Shown here: positions 20,915 to 30,812 of the stretch, in pieces
How the letters are laid out: each line of letters begins with the position of its first letter
How positions within the stretch are numbered: position 1 is the first letter of the stretch
From: Candidatus Eiseniibacteriota bacterium
GTDB lineage: Bacteria > Eisenbacteria > RBG-16-71-46
Direction of reading: 5' to 3'
Length of the DNA: 64,000 nucleotides
Assembly (NCBI GenBank): GCA_963725865.1
Contig: CAVSAC010000012.1
Location: 992,001-1,056,000, forward strand
The notes under the pieces: model-generated
What the model saw: only the letters and a program-made list of their open reading frames with translations
The model's database searches: none
Told to the model about the DNA's origin: nothing
Translations under genes and position numbers: made by a program

Positions 20915-23505
20915 GCGCGCTGTTCCGCTGGGTCTCGCTGCGCCATCTGCTGCACGAGCGCACGCGCACCGCGCTCACGGTCGTGGGCGTGGCGCTGGGG
21001 GTCGCGGTGTTCGTCGCGATGCGGCTCGCGAGCCACTCGGCGCTGGCGTCGTTCGCGGACACGGTGGACGCCGTCGCCGGGCGCGCCAACCTCCAGGTCG
21101 CGGGCACCTCCGAGGGCTTCGACGAGCGCGTGTTCCCGTGGGTGCGGACCACGCCCGGGGTCGCGGCGGCGGCGCCGATCGTCCAGCTCTACGCGCCCGC
21201 GCGGATCGCGCGCCGTGCCGCGCCGCTCGACACCGCGAGCGGCCGCGGGCGCTACGACCTCACGATGATGGTGCTGGGCGTCGACGTGTTCGAGGAGCGC
21301 CCGTTCGAGCGCTGGCGCGAGGACGCGCCCACGCGGGCGGCGGCGCTGGAGTTCCTCGCCGATCCGCGCGCCGTGGCGGTGCCGCGCGCGTTCGCCGACC
21401 GCGAGCGGCTGGTCCCCGGGGACACGCTCGAGGTGGTGGCGTCCGGTGTCCCGGTGCCCCTGGTGGTGCGGCGGGTGCTCGCGGCCGAGGGGCTCGGACA
21501 GGCGTTCGGGGGCAACGTCGCGGTGGTGGACATCGCCACCGCGCAGGAGGTGTTCCGGCGCGCGGGCCGGCTCGACCGCATCGACCTGCGCGTGGCGCCC
21601 GGCCGGATGGCCGCGGTGCGCGCGGCGCTGGCGGCGCGCCTGCCGGCCGACGTCGAAGTGGAGACCCCGGCCGGGCGCACCCGCCAGGTCGAGGGCATGG
21701 TGAGCGCGTTCGCGCTCAACCTCACGGCGCTGTCGTTCATCGCGATCTTCGTCGCCACGTTCCTGGTCTTCGACGCGGTGGCGATGGCGGTCGTGCGGCG
21801 CCGGCGCGAGCTCGGCATCCTGCGCTCGCTCGGCGTGACGCGCGCGCGGCTGGTGCGGCTGGTGCTGACGGAGGCGCTGGCGCTCGGCGTCGCGGGCAGC
21901 CTGCTGGGACTCGCGCTGGGCACGCTCATGGCCCGCGGCGCGCTGGCCGCGGTCGCCCGCACGCTCACCGATCTCTACCTGGTCGCGCACACCGACCGGC
22001 TCGCGCACGATCCGGCGACCTACGCGGCGGGCCTGCTGCTCGGGATCGGCAGCGCGCTGGTCTCGGCGCTGATCCCGGCGCTGGAGGCCGCGCGCACGCC
22101 GCCGGCCGCGACCGTGCGCCAGGGTGCCCACCTCGAGGCCGCGCGGATGCCGGTCGCGCGCTGGGCGTGGGGCGGGCTGGCGCTGCTGGCGCTCGCCGCC
22201 GCGGTCTCGTGGTGGACGGTCGCCGAGCGCCAGCCGCTGGGCGGATTCGCGAGCGCGTTCCTGACGCTCGCGGGCTTCTCGCTGCTGGCACCGGCGGCGA
22301 CGCTGCTGGGCGAGCGGGCGGGGGCGCCGCTCGCGCGGCGCCTGTGCGGCATCGAGGGCGCCCTCGGCGCGCGCTTCCTGCGCGAGGCGGTGGCCCGCAC
22401 CAGCGTGGCGGTGGCGGCGCTCATGGTGGCGGTCGGCATGCTGGTGGCGCTCGAGGTGATGGTGGGCTCGTTCCGCCGCACCGTCGACACCTGGGTGCGC
22501 CAGAGCATCCGCGGCGATCTCTACGTGGAGCCGCTCGGGCATCGGCTCAACGGCAGCGCCACCCGGCTGCCGCCGGAGCTGGTGGACGCGGCGCGCGCGC
22601 TGCCGGGCGTGGCGGCGGTCGACACCTACCGCGGCGCGCGCATCCGCTACGAGGGCGCGCTGGTGAGCGCGATCGGGGTCGACCTGGCCGTGCAGCGCGA
22701 CCATGGCCACCTGCGCTTTCTGGCGGGCGATCCGCGCGCCATCCTCGACCGCGCGCGGGCGCGCGGCGAGGCGCTGGTCACCGAGTCGTTCGCGCATCAC
22801 CACCGCGTCCACGCGGGCGACTCGCTCACGCTCGCGACTCCCGGCGGCCGCGCGCGCCTGCGGGTCGCGGGGGTGTTCATCGACTACAGCACCGACGCCG
22901 GCGCCGTCTTCGTGGACCGCGCCGTGTTCGCGCGGCTGTGGCGGGATCCGCGCACCGAGAGCTTCGCGATCTACCTCGCCCCGGGCGCCGACGGCGCCGG
23001 CGTCGCGCGCGCGCTCACGGCCGCCGCGGGACCCGGCCGGCTGCTGGCGGTGACGCCGAACCAGGCGCTGCGCGAGCGGGTGCTGCGGGTGTTCGACCAG
23101 ACGTTCCAGATCACCTACGCGCTCCAGTCGATCGCGATCCTGGTCGCGGTGCTGGGCGTGATCGGCACGCTCACCGCGCTGGTGATCCAGCGCGGGCGCG
23201 AGATCGCGGTGCTGCGCGCGTGCGGTGCGCAGCGCGGGCAGATCCAACGCATGGTGCTGGTGGAGAGCGCGCTGCTCGGGCTGATCGGGGCGGCGCTCGG
23301 CTGCGTCGCGGGGGTGGCGCTGGCGCTCATCCTCGTGCACCTGATCAACCGGCAGTTCTTCGGCTGGTCGCTGACGTTCACGCTGGATCCGTGGGTGCTG
23401 GTCCGCGCGCTGGGGTTGCTCGGCGGCACCGCGACGCTCGCTGGGCTGGTGCCGGCGCGGCTGGCGGCCCGGCGCGTGGCGCGCGAAGCGCTGAGGGTGG
23501 AATGA
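20911..23505 (+). CDS. ABC transporter permease with two FtsX/MacB-like halves
   Basis: RRRELGILRSLG and RGREIAVLRA.G repeats, each followed by TM clusters. Confidence 0.88.
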   Translation: MSALFRWVSLRHLLHERTRTALTVVGVALGVAVFVAMRLASHSALASFADTVDAVAGRANLQVAGTSEGFDERVFPWVRTTPGVAAAAPIVQLYAPARIARRAAPLDTASGRGRYDLTMMVLGVDVFEERPFERWREDAPTRAAALEFLADPRAVAVPRAFADRERLVPGDTLEVVASGVPVPLVVRRVLAAEGLGQAFGGNVAVVDIATAQEVFRRAGRLDRIDLRVAPGRMAAVRAALAARLPADVEVETPAGRTRQVEGMVSAFALNLTALSFIAIFVATFLVFDAVAMAVVRRRRELGILRSLGVTRARLVRLVLTEALALGVAGSLLGLALGTLMARGALAAVARTLTDLYLVAHTDRLAHDPATYAAGLLLGIGSALVSALIPALEAARTPPAATVRQGAHLEAARMPVARWAWGGLALLALAAAVSWWTVAERQPLGGFASAFLTLAGFSLLAPAATLLGERAGAPLARRLCGIEGALGARFLREAVARTSVAVAALMVAVGMLVALEVMVGSFRRTVDTWVRQSIRGDLYVEPLGHRLNGSATRLPPELVDAARALPGVAAVDTYRGARIRYEGALVSAIGVDLAVQRDHGHLRFLAGDPRAILDRARARGEALVTESFAHHHRVHAGDSLTLATPGGRARLRVAGVFIDYSTDAGAVFVDRAVFARLWRDPRTESFAIYLAPGADGAGVARALTAAAGPGRLLAVTPNQALRERVLRVFDQTFQITYALQSIAILVAVLGVIGTLTALVIQRGREIAVLRACGAQRGQIQRMVLVESALLGLIGAALGCVAGVALALILVHLINRQFFGWSLTFTLDPWVLVRALGLLGGTATLAGLVPARLAARRVAREALRVE

Positions 23506-24644
23506 TGCCCCGCGCGTGGGCTCGCGCCCTCCGCGGGTGGGGGGGCGCGCTCGCTGCCGCGCTCGCGCTGTGCGCGGACCTGGCGCTCGCGTCCCCGGCG
23601 CCGGCGGTCGCGGCGGACGGCTGGCGGGAGGTGCGCGCGCCGTACCGCTTCGCGTTCCCCCGCGACCACGCGGCGCACCCCGAGTTCCGCACCGAGTGGT
23701 GGTACTACACCGGCCACCTGCGGGCCGGTGCGCGCACGTTCGGCTACCAGCTCACGTTCTTCCGCGTCGGGCTCGATCGCGCGCGCGCGGCCAGCCCCTC
23801 GGCGTGGGCGCCCCACTCGGTGCTGTTCGCGCACGCCGCGCTCACCGACGAGCGTGGCCGGCGCTTCCACGTCGACGAGCGCATCGCGCGGCCGGCCCTC
23901 GGCCTGGCGGGCGCCGACACCGCGCGCTATCGCGTGTGGGTGGATCGCTGGTCGGCCGCGCTGGCGCCGGACGGCATCACGCACCAGCTGCGGGCCGCGG
24001 CGGAGGACTTCGCGCTCGAGCTCGAGCTCGCCCCGCTCAAGCCGCCCGCCGTCCACGGTCGCGACGGCGTCAGCGTGAAGGCCGCGGGCGCGGGCCACGC
24101 CTCGCACTACTACTCGATCACCCGCCTCGCGACCACCGGCACGATCGCGCTCGGCGCGGACACGCTCGCGGTCGCGGGCACCTCGTGGATGGACCACGAG
24201 TTCATGTCGTCCTCTCTGGCGCCCGGCCAGGTGGGGTGGGACTGGTTCGCGATCACGCTCGACGATGGGCGCGAGCTGATGCTCTACCAGCTGCGGCGGG
24301 CCGACGGCAGCCGCGAGCCGGCCTCGAGCGGTACGCTGGTGCGGCGCGACGGCTCCACGCTCCACGTGCCGGGCACGGCGTGGAGCGTCGAGCCGACGAG
24401 CACGTGGACGAGTCCGCGCAGCGGCGGGCGCTATCCGTCCGGCTGGCTCGTGCGGGTCCCGGGCGAGGGGCTGGAGCTGCGCCTGGAGCCCACGGTGGCG
24501 GACCAGGAGCGGCCGGGCGGCGCCACCGGGGTCACGTACTGGGAGGGCAGCGTGCGCGTGAGCGGCCGCATGCGTGGCGCGGTGGCGAGCGGACGTGGCT
24601 ACGTCGAGCTCACGGGCTACGCCGGTGCCGCGCCGGGGCCGTGA
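23502..24644 (+). CDS. AttH/CrtC-like lipocalin-fold secreted protein
   Basis: FPRDH..HP.F.TEWWY.TG, WMDHE, GWDWF and YWEG motifs; signal peptide. Confidence 0.85.
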   Translation: MMPRAWARALRGWGGALAAALALCADLALASPAPAVAADGWREVRAPYRFAFPRDHAAHPEFRTEWWYYTGHLRAGARTFGYQLTFFRVGLDRARAASPSAWAPHSVLFAHAALTDERGRRFHVDERIARPALGLAGADTARYRVWVDRWSAALAPDGITHQLRAAAEDFALELELAPLKPPAVHGRDGVSVKAAGAGHASHYYSITRLATTGTIALGADTLAVAGTSWMDHEFMSSSLAPGQVGWDWFAITLDDGRELMLYQLRRADGSREPASSGTLVRRDGSTLHVPGTAWSVEPTSTWTSPRSGGRYPSGWLVRVPGEGLELRLEPTVADQERPGGATGVTYWEGSVRVSGRMRGAVASGRGYVELTGYAGAAPGP

Positions 24645-24694
24645 CGGACCTGCTGCCTTGACCGGTCGCCGGGCGGGGCACTAGGCTGCCGCCG

Positions 24695-25369
24695 ATGCGT
24701 AGCCCCACGTTCGCATGGCCCGCGCTCGCCGTCCTCCTGGCCGCAGTCGTGGCCGGCTGCTCGGCCGGGCCGCCACCCGGCTCGCCGGCGACTCCGCCGC
24801 CCACGGTGGACGCCGATTCGTCGGGGATGAGCTTCGGCCGCTTGCTGAGCGGCTCCGCCGACTCGGTCGGCGCGATCCCCGGCAGCGCCGGCGCGCTCTA
24901 CTACTACCGCTTCAAGCAGATCGAGCCGGGCAGCGACCGCTTCGTGTTCCAGGATCGCGAGCTCTCGTTCTACTTCCGCCCCACGCCCGACGCGCTGTTC
25001 TTCCAGGTCGAGAACCGCACCGACAAGCCGGTGTGGCTGGACTGGGACAAGTGCACGTTCTTCGATCCGCTGGGCAGCTCGAGCCGCGCGGCGCACAGCT
25101 CCACCCAGTACCGCGACCGCTTCGGCAGCCAGCCGGCCACGCAGATCCCCGGGCTGCAGCGCTACAGCGACCACACGTTCCCGATCGACTACATGTTCGA
25201 TCCCTCCGGTAGCGACCGCCAGATCCACCGGGCGCTGCTGCCCGAGGACGAGAACGCGCCGCAGTTCTTCGGGCGCGAGTTCGGCGTCGACCTGGCGTTC
25301 CGGGTCGAGAACCAGCCGCGCTCGTACAGCTTCCGCTTCCGGGTCGCCAGCGTCATCCCCAACCACTGA
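24695..25369 (+). CDS. Hypothetical lipoprotein
   Basis: Lipobox VAGC after a hydrophobic stretch; coding-like codon usage; TTGACC-18-TAGGCT upstream. Confidence 0.75.
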   Translation: MRSPTFAWPALAVLLAAVVAGCSAGPPPGSPATPPPTVDADSSGMSFGRLLSGSADSVGAIPGSAGALYYYRFKQIEPGSDRFVFQDRELSFYFRPTPDALFFQVENRTDKPVWLDWDKCTFFDPLGSSSRAAHSSTQYRDRFGSQPATQIPGLQRYSDHTFPIDYMFDPSGSDRQIHRALLPEDENAPQFFGREFGVDLAFRVENQPRSYSFRFRVASVIPNH

Positions 25370-27726
25370 TGCGGCCGGTCCGGGCGCTGCCGGCCGCGCT
25401 CGTGCCGCTGCTGATGACGCTGTCCGCGGCGGCCGGCCTCGGGGTCCCTCCACGCTACACGCGCGACCAGATGGAGGGCTCGCTCGGCGAGTCCGCCCGC
25501 TGGTGCGTGGTGTACGGCACGCTCGACCCCGCAGCCACCCCGGTGCTCCGCGAACGAGCGCTGCAGCTCGCGCGGCGCTGGTTCGGCGGCGACTCCAGCG
25601 CGGTGCTCGCCGATCGTGACACGCGCGACGCCGTGCTGGCGGGGGCGAACGTCGCGGTGTTCGGCGGCCCGGCGCAGAACGCGCTCGCGCGCCGCCTCGC
25701 CCCGGCGCTGCCGGTGCGCTTCACGGCGCGAGGCTTCGTGTGGGCGGGTACGGCCTACGAGCGCCCGGGCGACGTCCTGCACCTGGTGTACCCGAGTCCG
25801 CTCGATCCCCACCACTTCCTGCTGCTGACGGCGGGCAACTCGGCCGGGGCACTCGGCCGGCGCGGGACCGGGTTCGGATTCGGGAGCGAGGACTGGCGCA
25901 TCGTGCGCGACGGCGACCTCGCGCGCTCGGGGCGGTTCGCGCAGTCACCGGGCGCGCCGTGGCGCTACGACCCGGCGCTCGACCGCGACCGCGAGCGCGA
26001 ACGCGAACGCTTCGCGGCCGCGCTGCGCACCGCGGGTGGCGGCGCCCTGCGCGTTCGCGGTCCCGCCGGCACGGATCTGGACGCCGCGCGGGCGACCGGC
26101 GAACGGACGCTCGCGGCTCTCGACCGGCTGGGGCTGCGGGCGCCGCGCGGTGCTCCGCCGGTGACGCTCACGCTGTACGCGAGCATCGAGCAGAAGGGGC
26201 TGATGGTGCGCGACACGCGCCCCGGCTCCGTCGACGCGAGCGGCGATGGGCACGCGGCGCCGGTCGCCGGACGCACGGACGTCGAGGGCTGGCCGGTGGC
26301 CGCCGCGCGCCTGGTCGCGCTCGGGGCGCCCGCCGACGCGGCGCTGCTCGAGCCGGCGGGGGTGTGGCTCGCGGACCGCACCGCCGGCGAGCCGCTCGCG
26401 GTCGCGGTGGCGCGCGCCTACGCCGCGCGCCTGCTGCCCAGCGCGGGCACGGTGCTCGCGCGCGCGCCGTGGCGCTCGCCGCTGCAGAGCGTGCCGGCGC
26501 AGGCCGTGCTGCTGCGCGCGCTCGCCGAGTGCGCGGGCGCGCGCGCGCGCGTCGCGGTGCTGGCCGCGCTCGTCGCCGAGCCGCCCGGCACGCTGGACAG
26601 CCTGTGCGCCGCCGCCGGCGTGAGCCCGCGCGCGGTCGAGCGGCGCTACGCGAGCCTCGCCGACTCGCTCGGGCGCGCGGGCGCGGCGGCGGCGCGCGCC
26701 GCCGCACCCCGCGGCTGGCGGCCCGGCCAGGGCTTCATGCGCGGCGTCTGCCTGGCCCACGCGGTGAGCCTCGAGCGCGGCTACGCCTCGCAGGCCTGCG
26801 CGACCGAGCTGGCGCGCCTGCATCGGATGGGCGCCGACTGGGTCTCGCTGACGCCGTTCGCGTACCTGCCCTCGACGCGCTCGCCGGAGCTGTATCCGAG
26901 CGTGGGCGGCGGGCTCGACGAGGAGAGCGACGAAGCGCTCGCCGAGGCCGCGGCGCGCGCGCGCGCGCTCGGCATGCGCGTGATGCTGGTGCCGCACCTG
27001 TGGACGCGCGGCTGGGTCGGCGAGCTCACGCTCGGGCCCGCGGGCTGGACGAGTTTCTTCGCGCAGTACCGCGCGTTCATCCTCCACCACGCGCTGCTGG
27101 CCGAACGCGAGGGGATGGATGGCCTGGTGGTGGGGCACGAGCTGGTCAGCGCCACGCTCGGACACCCGGAGGAATGGCGCTCGATCATCGCCGACGTACG
27201 GCGGGCCTATCACGGCACCGTGATCTACGGCGCCAACTGGGGCGACGAGGTGCGCGGCGTGACGTTCTGGGACGCGGTCGACCTGGTCGGGGTGTCGTTC
27301 TACGAGCCGCTGGCCGCGCGCCCGACCCGTTCGGCGCCGGAGCTGCGCGCCGGCGCCGCGAAGGCGCTCGCGGCGCTGCGCGGGATCGCCGCGCGCACCG
27401 GGCGTCCGGTCGTGCTGCTGGAACTCGGCTATCCGGACTCGCCCGCGGCGATGGTGCGGCCATGGGACGATGGTGGCGCGGGTCCGCCCGACCCCGAAGC
27501 GCAGCGCGCCTGCTACGAGGCGGCGGTCGCGGCGCTCGATCCGGAGGACTGGGTGGCGGGCGCGTTCTGGTGGAAGTGGTTCAGCTCGCCGCTCGGCGAG
27601 AGCGCCGGCGGCCGCACGTTCAGCCCCCGCGGCCTGCCGGCCGAGGCGGTGATGGCGCGCGCGCTGCGGTCGTGGGAGGGGCGGCCGGTGCGCGTGCTCA
27701 GGCCGCCGGCCGCGTCCCCTCGATGA
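25369..27726 (+). CDS. Secreted multidomain protein with C-terminal GH113-like TIM-barrel glycoside hydrolase domain
   Basis: G..WVSL.PF, G.RVML.PHLW, GHEL, YGANW, FWDAVD.VGV..Y.PL, ELGY and G.FWWKW motifs. Confidence 0.7.
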   Translation: MRPVRALPAALVPLLMTLSAAAGLGVPPRYTRDQMEGSLGESARWCVVYGTLDPAATPVLRERALQLARRWFGGDSSAVLADRDTRDAVLAGANVAVFGGPAQNALARRLAPALPVRFTARGFVWAGTAYERPGDVLHLVYPSPLDPHHFLLLTAGNSAGALGRRGTGFGFGSEDWRIVRDGDLARSGRFAQSPGAPWRYDPALDRDRERERERFAAALRTAGGGALRVRGPAGTDLDAARATGERTLAALDRLGLRAPRGAPPVTLTLYASIEQKGLMVRDTRPGSVDASGDGHAAPVAGRTDVEGWPVAAARLVALGAPADAALLEPAGVWLADRTAGEPLAVAVARAYAARLLPSAGTVLARAPWRSPLQSVPAQAVLLRALAECAGARARVAVLAALVAEPPGTLDSLCAAAGVSPRAVERRYASLADSLGRAGAAAARAAAPRGWRPGQGFMRGVCLAHAVSLERGYASQACATELARLHRMGADWVSLTPFAYLPSTRSPELYPSVGGGLDEESDEALAEAAARARALGMRVMLVPHLWTRGWVGELTLGPAGWTSFFAQYRAFILHHALLAEREGMDGLVVGHELVSATLGHPEEWRSIIADVRRAYHGTVIYGANWGDEVRGVTFWDAVDLVGVSFYEPLAARPTRSAPELRAGAAKALAALRGIAARTGRPVVLLELGYPDSPAAMVRPWDDGGAGPPDPEAQRACYEAAVAALDPEDWVAGAFWWKWFSSPLGESAGGRTFSPRGLPAEAVMARALRSWEGRPVRVLRPPAASPR

Positions 27727-29053
27727 CGCGCAAACCGGGTGCGCGCGGGCGCATCCGGTGGCGCAGGTCCTCGATGCCGGCGGCGGCGAACAGCACCACC
27801 AGCGGCTCCACCGGCACCCGCATCCGCAGCGCCCCCCAGAACACCACCGCCAGCAGCGTGAACGTCAGCACCACCAGCGCCGGGAGGGCGAGGAACCAGC
27901 GCCGCGGCGAGCGCAGTGTGAGCGCGAACCCCCACGACGCGAACGGCAGGACCACGAGCGACCAGAGCAGCAGCGGATCGAAGCGGGCGAGCAGCGCGGT
28001 CAGCGGCGAACCCGGGCGCTGCCAGGCGCCGGTGCCGCCGCCCTCTCGGGTGAGCCGCCAGAAGCGCGCGAGCTTCGTGCCGGCCATCGCGGGCCACTCG
28101 CGCACGTGCGCGCGCAGGAACGCGAGCGCTTCGGCGCGCGCCAGGCGGTCGACCTCGACCTCGCCGTGGCCGCGGAAGCGCGCGGCGTAGGGCTCGACGC
28201 CGTACACGCTCGCCGCGCCGCCGCGCAGCGCAGGGTCCGCCCAGTCCACCGCGTTGTTGCTGTCGAGCAGCGCGCGCCCACCCCCGGTCGTGACCGGCAC
28301 GAACGCGTGCAGCGCGACCGCGTTGCGGAGCGTCCACGGGCCCACCACCAGCACCACGCCGAGCATCAGCAGCAGCAGCTGCCGCACGCGCGCGCGCCGG
28401 TCGAGCAGCAGCCCGAGCGGCACCCAGGCCCACCCCGCGACCACCAGCGGCAGCACGATCGCGGTGGGCCGCGCCAGGATCGCGAGCCCCCACAGCAGGC
28501 CGGTGCCGAGCGCCCGCGCGGCGCGCGGCTCCTTGAGCCAGGCGAAGGAGGCGAGCAGGGCGAGCAGCAGCATCGCGGTGAACGTGGTCTCGGTGAGCAG
28601 GTAGCCGGAGAAGAACACCAGCAGGGGGTGCACCGCGGCGAGCCAGCCCGCGACGCGCCCGACGCCGCTGCCGTACAGCGAGGCGCCGAGTGCGGCGATC
28701 AGCAAGGGCACGGTGGCGCCGATCGCGCACTGGAGCAGCACCGCGGCGAACAGCTGCGGACCGGCGACGCGATACACCAGGCTGGTGAGCCACGGCACCA
28801 GGGGCGGCACGAACGCGGTCGGATAGGCGCCCGCACCGCTGCCGAGCGCGAAGCCGGCGCCGCGCGCGAGGTTGGTCGCCACGGTGTGGTACGTGAGCGC
28901 GTCGCTCGAGGGAGTGGCCTGGGGACCGATCGCGAGCCACGCGTAGACCACCCGCAACGCCAGCGCCGTCCCGAACAGCAACAGCCACGGCGCGAGCGGC
29001 GGAGCCGGCGGACGCGGGCGGCGCCTCCGCGGGGGATCCAGGCGCTTCAGCAT
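27698..29053 (-). CDS. GT-C fold (ArnT/PMT, family 39-like) membrane glycosyltransferase
   Basis: SDALTYH..A.NL..G.G, TAF.PP, LLTET and PWTLRN motifs; multi-TM. Confidence 0.78.
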   Translation of the reverse strand: MLKRLDPPRRRRPRPPAPPLAPWLLLFGTALALRVVYAWLAIGPQATPSSDALTYHTVATNLARGAGFALGSGAGAYPTAFVPPLVPWLTSLVYRVAGPQLFAAVLLQCAIGATVPLLIAALGASLYGSGVGRVAGWLAAVHPLLVFFSGYLLTETTFTAMLLLALLASFAWLKEPRAARALGTGLLWGLAILARPTAIVLPLVVAGWAWVPLGLLLDRRARVRQLLLLMLGVVLVVGPWTLRNAVALHAFVPVTTGGGRALLDSNNAVDWADPALRGGAASVYGVEPYAARFRGHGEVEVDRLARAEALAFLRAHVREWPAMAGTKLARFWRLTREGGGTGAWQRPGSPLTALLARFDPLLLWSLVVLPFASWGFALTLRSPRRWFLALPALVVLTFTLLAVVFWGALRMRVPVEPLVVLFAAAGIEDLRHRMRPRAPGLRVIEGTRPAA

Positions 29054-29150
29054 GCGCGGAAGTGTAGCAGAGCCGCTGGAGGCTGCTCGCGAGCCGCGAA
29101 GCGCACGGCGAGCCGCCGACCGTGCAGGACACTGGCCCGCTCGCCGCGCC

Positions 29151-29169
29151 GGATTGCGTTCCGCAATCC
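29151..29169. promoter_or_regulatory. Palindrome, candidate enhancer-binding-protein site
   Basis: GGATTGCG-TTC-CGCAATCC, perfect 8-bp inverted repeat about 115 nt upstream of a -24/-12 motif. Confidence 0.4.
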
Positions 29170-29281
29170 CCGCGCGCCCGCGGCCGCGCCGCGCCCCGCG
29201 TGACGCGGCTCAAAGCGCCGCAACTCCGCGGCCCGCGCGGGTCCGCGCGCATCGCGGCGCGGCCCGGCGCGCCTCCGCGAA

Positions 29282-29298
29282 TCGGCAGAAGGGTTGCA
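29282..29298 (+). promoter_or_regulatory. Sigma54 (-24/-12) promoter candidate
   Basis: TCGGCAGAAGGGTTGCA: GG-N10-GC with GGCA and TTGCA. Confidence 0.55.
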
Positions 29299-29397
29299 TA
29301 GGACGCCGGCCCCTCCGGCTCCCCGGTCCCGGACGGGCCGTCGCCGCCGCTCGAGCCTCCGCGCACGGAGGCCAGGTCAGAAGCGCACGAGGTTGCC

Positions 29398-29925
29398 ATG
29401 GATCACTACATCCCGAAGCGTCGCATCCCCGTCACCCTGTGGTTCGCGGATGGACAGAGTGTCCAGGGCCAGGTGTTCCTCGACCTCGACGCGGCACGCG
29501 GCCGCCACCAGACCGTCCACGAGAAGGTGAACGAGTCGGCGCGCTTCCTCCCGGTGGCGGTCGGCCAGGAAGGCCGCATCCACCTGATCAACAAGAGCCG
29601 CCTGCTGCGGGTGACCGCCGGACGGCAGGTGATCCAGAGCGACGTGTTCGCGCGCGGGTTCGATCCGTGGCGCGAGGAGCCCGCCGAGCTGGTGATGGCG
29701 GACGGCACCACGCTCGAGGGCCGGGTGTGGACGCCCCTGCAGCGCGCCACCCAGCGCCTTTCCGACTTCATGAACATGCAGGGCCCGGCGTTCTTCGTGC
29801 TGCTCACCGGCACCGGAGTCCACCTGGTGAACACCGCGGCGGTGATCGAGGTGCGTCTCATCGAGAGCGCCGGCGCGCCGCTGCTGTCCGAGGACGCCGA
29901 CGCGGAAGGCACCTCGGCCGCCTGA
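29398..29925 (+). CDS. Hypothetical protein with two internal repeats (DUF6812-like)
   Basis: SD GAGG; two halves each with V/L-x-x-A-D-G-x-x-h-x-G-x-V ... H-L-h-N. Confidence 0.75.
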   Translation: MDHYIPKRRIPVTLWFADGQSVQGQVFLDLDAARGRHQTVHEKVNESARFLPVAVGQEGRIHLINKSRLLRVTAGRQVIQSDVFARGFDPWREEPAELVMADGTTLEGRVWTPLQRATQRLSDFMNMQGPAFFVLLTGTGVHLVNTAAVIEVRLIESAGAPLLSEDADAEGTSAA

Positions 29926-29984
29926 GCGAGAGCCGGCGGCGCGGATGGCTTGCCGCCCGCTGCGGGAGCGGATACCGTCCTCGC

Positions 29985-30812
29985 GTGATCCCGTTCCGCG
30001 TCGCCTTCGTGCAGGGCCGGCCTCGTTTCGGGCGTCCCCAGGAGAACCTCGAGCACGGTCTCGCGCTCGCCGCCACGGTGACCGCCGACCTCGTCGTGCT
30101 GCCCGAGCTGTGGTCGTCGGGCTACGTGTTCTCCTCCCGCGCCGAGGTCGCCGCGCTGGCGGAGGACGCGACCACCGGCCCCACCGCACGCGCGCTGAAG
30201 TCGGCGGCGCGCCGCGAGCGGCGGCACCTCGTAGCGGGCTTCCCCGAGGCGCATCGCGGCCGCTTCTACAACAGCGCGATGCTGGTGGGCCCGGCCGGCG
30301 TCCGGGCGGTCTACCGCAAGATCCATCTGTTCGAGCGCGAGCAGCACTGGTTCCGCGTCGGCGACCTGCCGTTCGCCGTGCATCGCGTGGGTCCGGCGCG
30401 GGTCGGCCTGATGATCTGCTTCGACTGGCGCTTCCCGGAGGCGGCGCGGGTGTTGGCGCTGATGGGCGCCGACGTGATCGCACACCCGTCCAACCTCGTG
30501 TTCCCCGACGCGCAGCGCATCATGGTGATCCGCGCGCTCGAGAACCGCGTGTTCGTCGTCACCGCGAACCGCACCGGCGTCGACGATCGCCCCGACGGAC
30601 ATGTGGTGTTCACCGGACGCAGCCAGATCGTGGACCCGCGCGAGCGCGTGCTGGCGCGTGCCGGCGTCCGCGAGACCTGCGCACGCGCGGCCGATTGCGA
30701 TCTGGAGCTGTCGCGCGACAAGGCGCTCACGCCGCTCACTCATCTGTTCACCTCGCGCCAGCCCGCGCGCTACCGGCCGCTCGTGAGTCGCCGAGCCGCC
30801 CTCGCGCGGTGA
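29985..30812 (+). CDS. Carbon-nitrogen hydrolase (nitrilase superfamily)
   Basis: Catalytic E-K-C triad motifs: VLPEL, YRKIHLF and ICFDWRFPE. Confidence 0.92.
   Translation: MIPFRVAFVQGRPRFGRPQENLEHGLALAATVTADLVVLPELWSSGYVFSSRAEVAALAEDATTGPTARALKSAARRERRHLVAGFPEAHRGRFYNSAMLVGPAGVRAVYRKIHLFEREQHWFRVGDLPFAVHRVGPARVGLMICFDWRFPEAARVLALMGADVIAHPSNLVFPDAQRIMVIRALENRVFVVTANRTGVDDRPDGHVVFTGRSQIVDPRERVLARAGVRETCARAADCDLELSRDKALTPLTHLFTSRQPARYRPLVSRRAALAR

Noticed and set aside
23502..24644. Carotenoid biosynthesis implied by the CrtC-like domain
   Set aside because: No crt genes are nearby; the ABC ATPase/permease/lipocalin arrangement matches the common Att-like cluster.
25978..26010. Short tandem repeats (gaccgc/gaacgc) encoding DRDRERERE
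   Set aside because: A low-complexity coding stretch inside the hydrolase gene.
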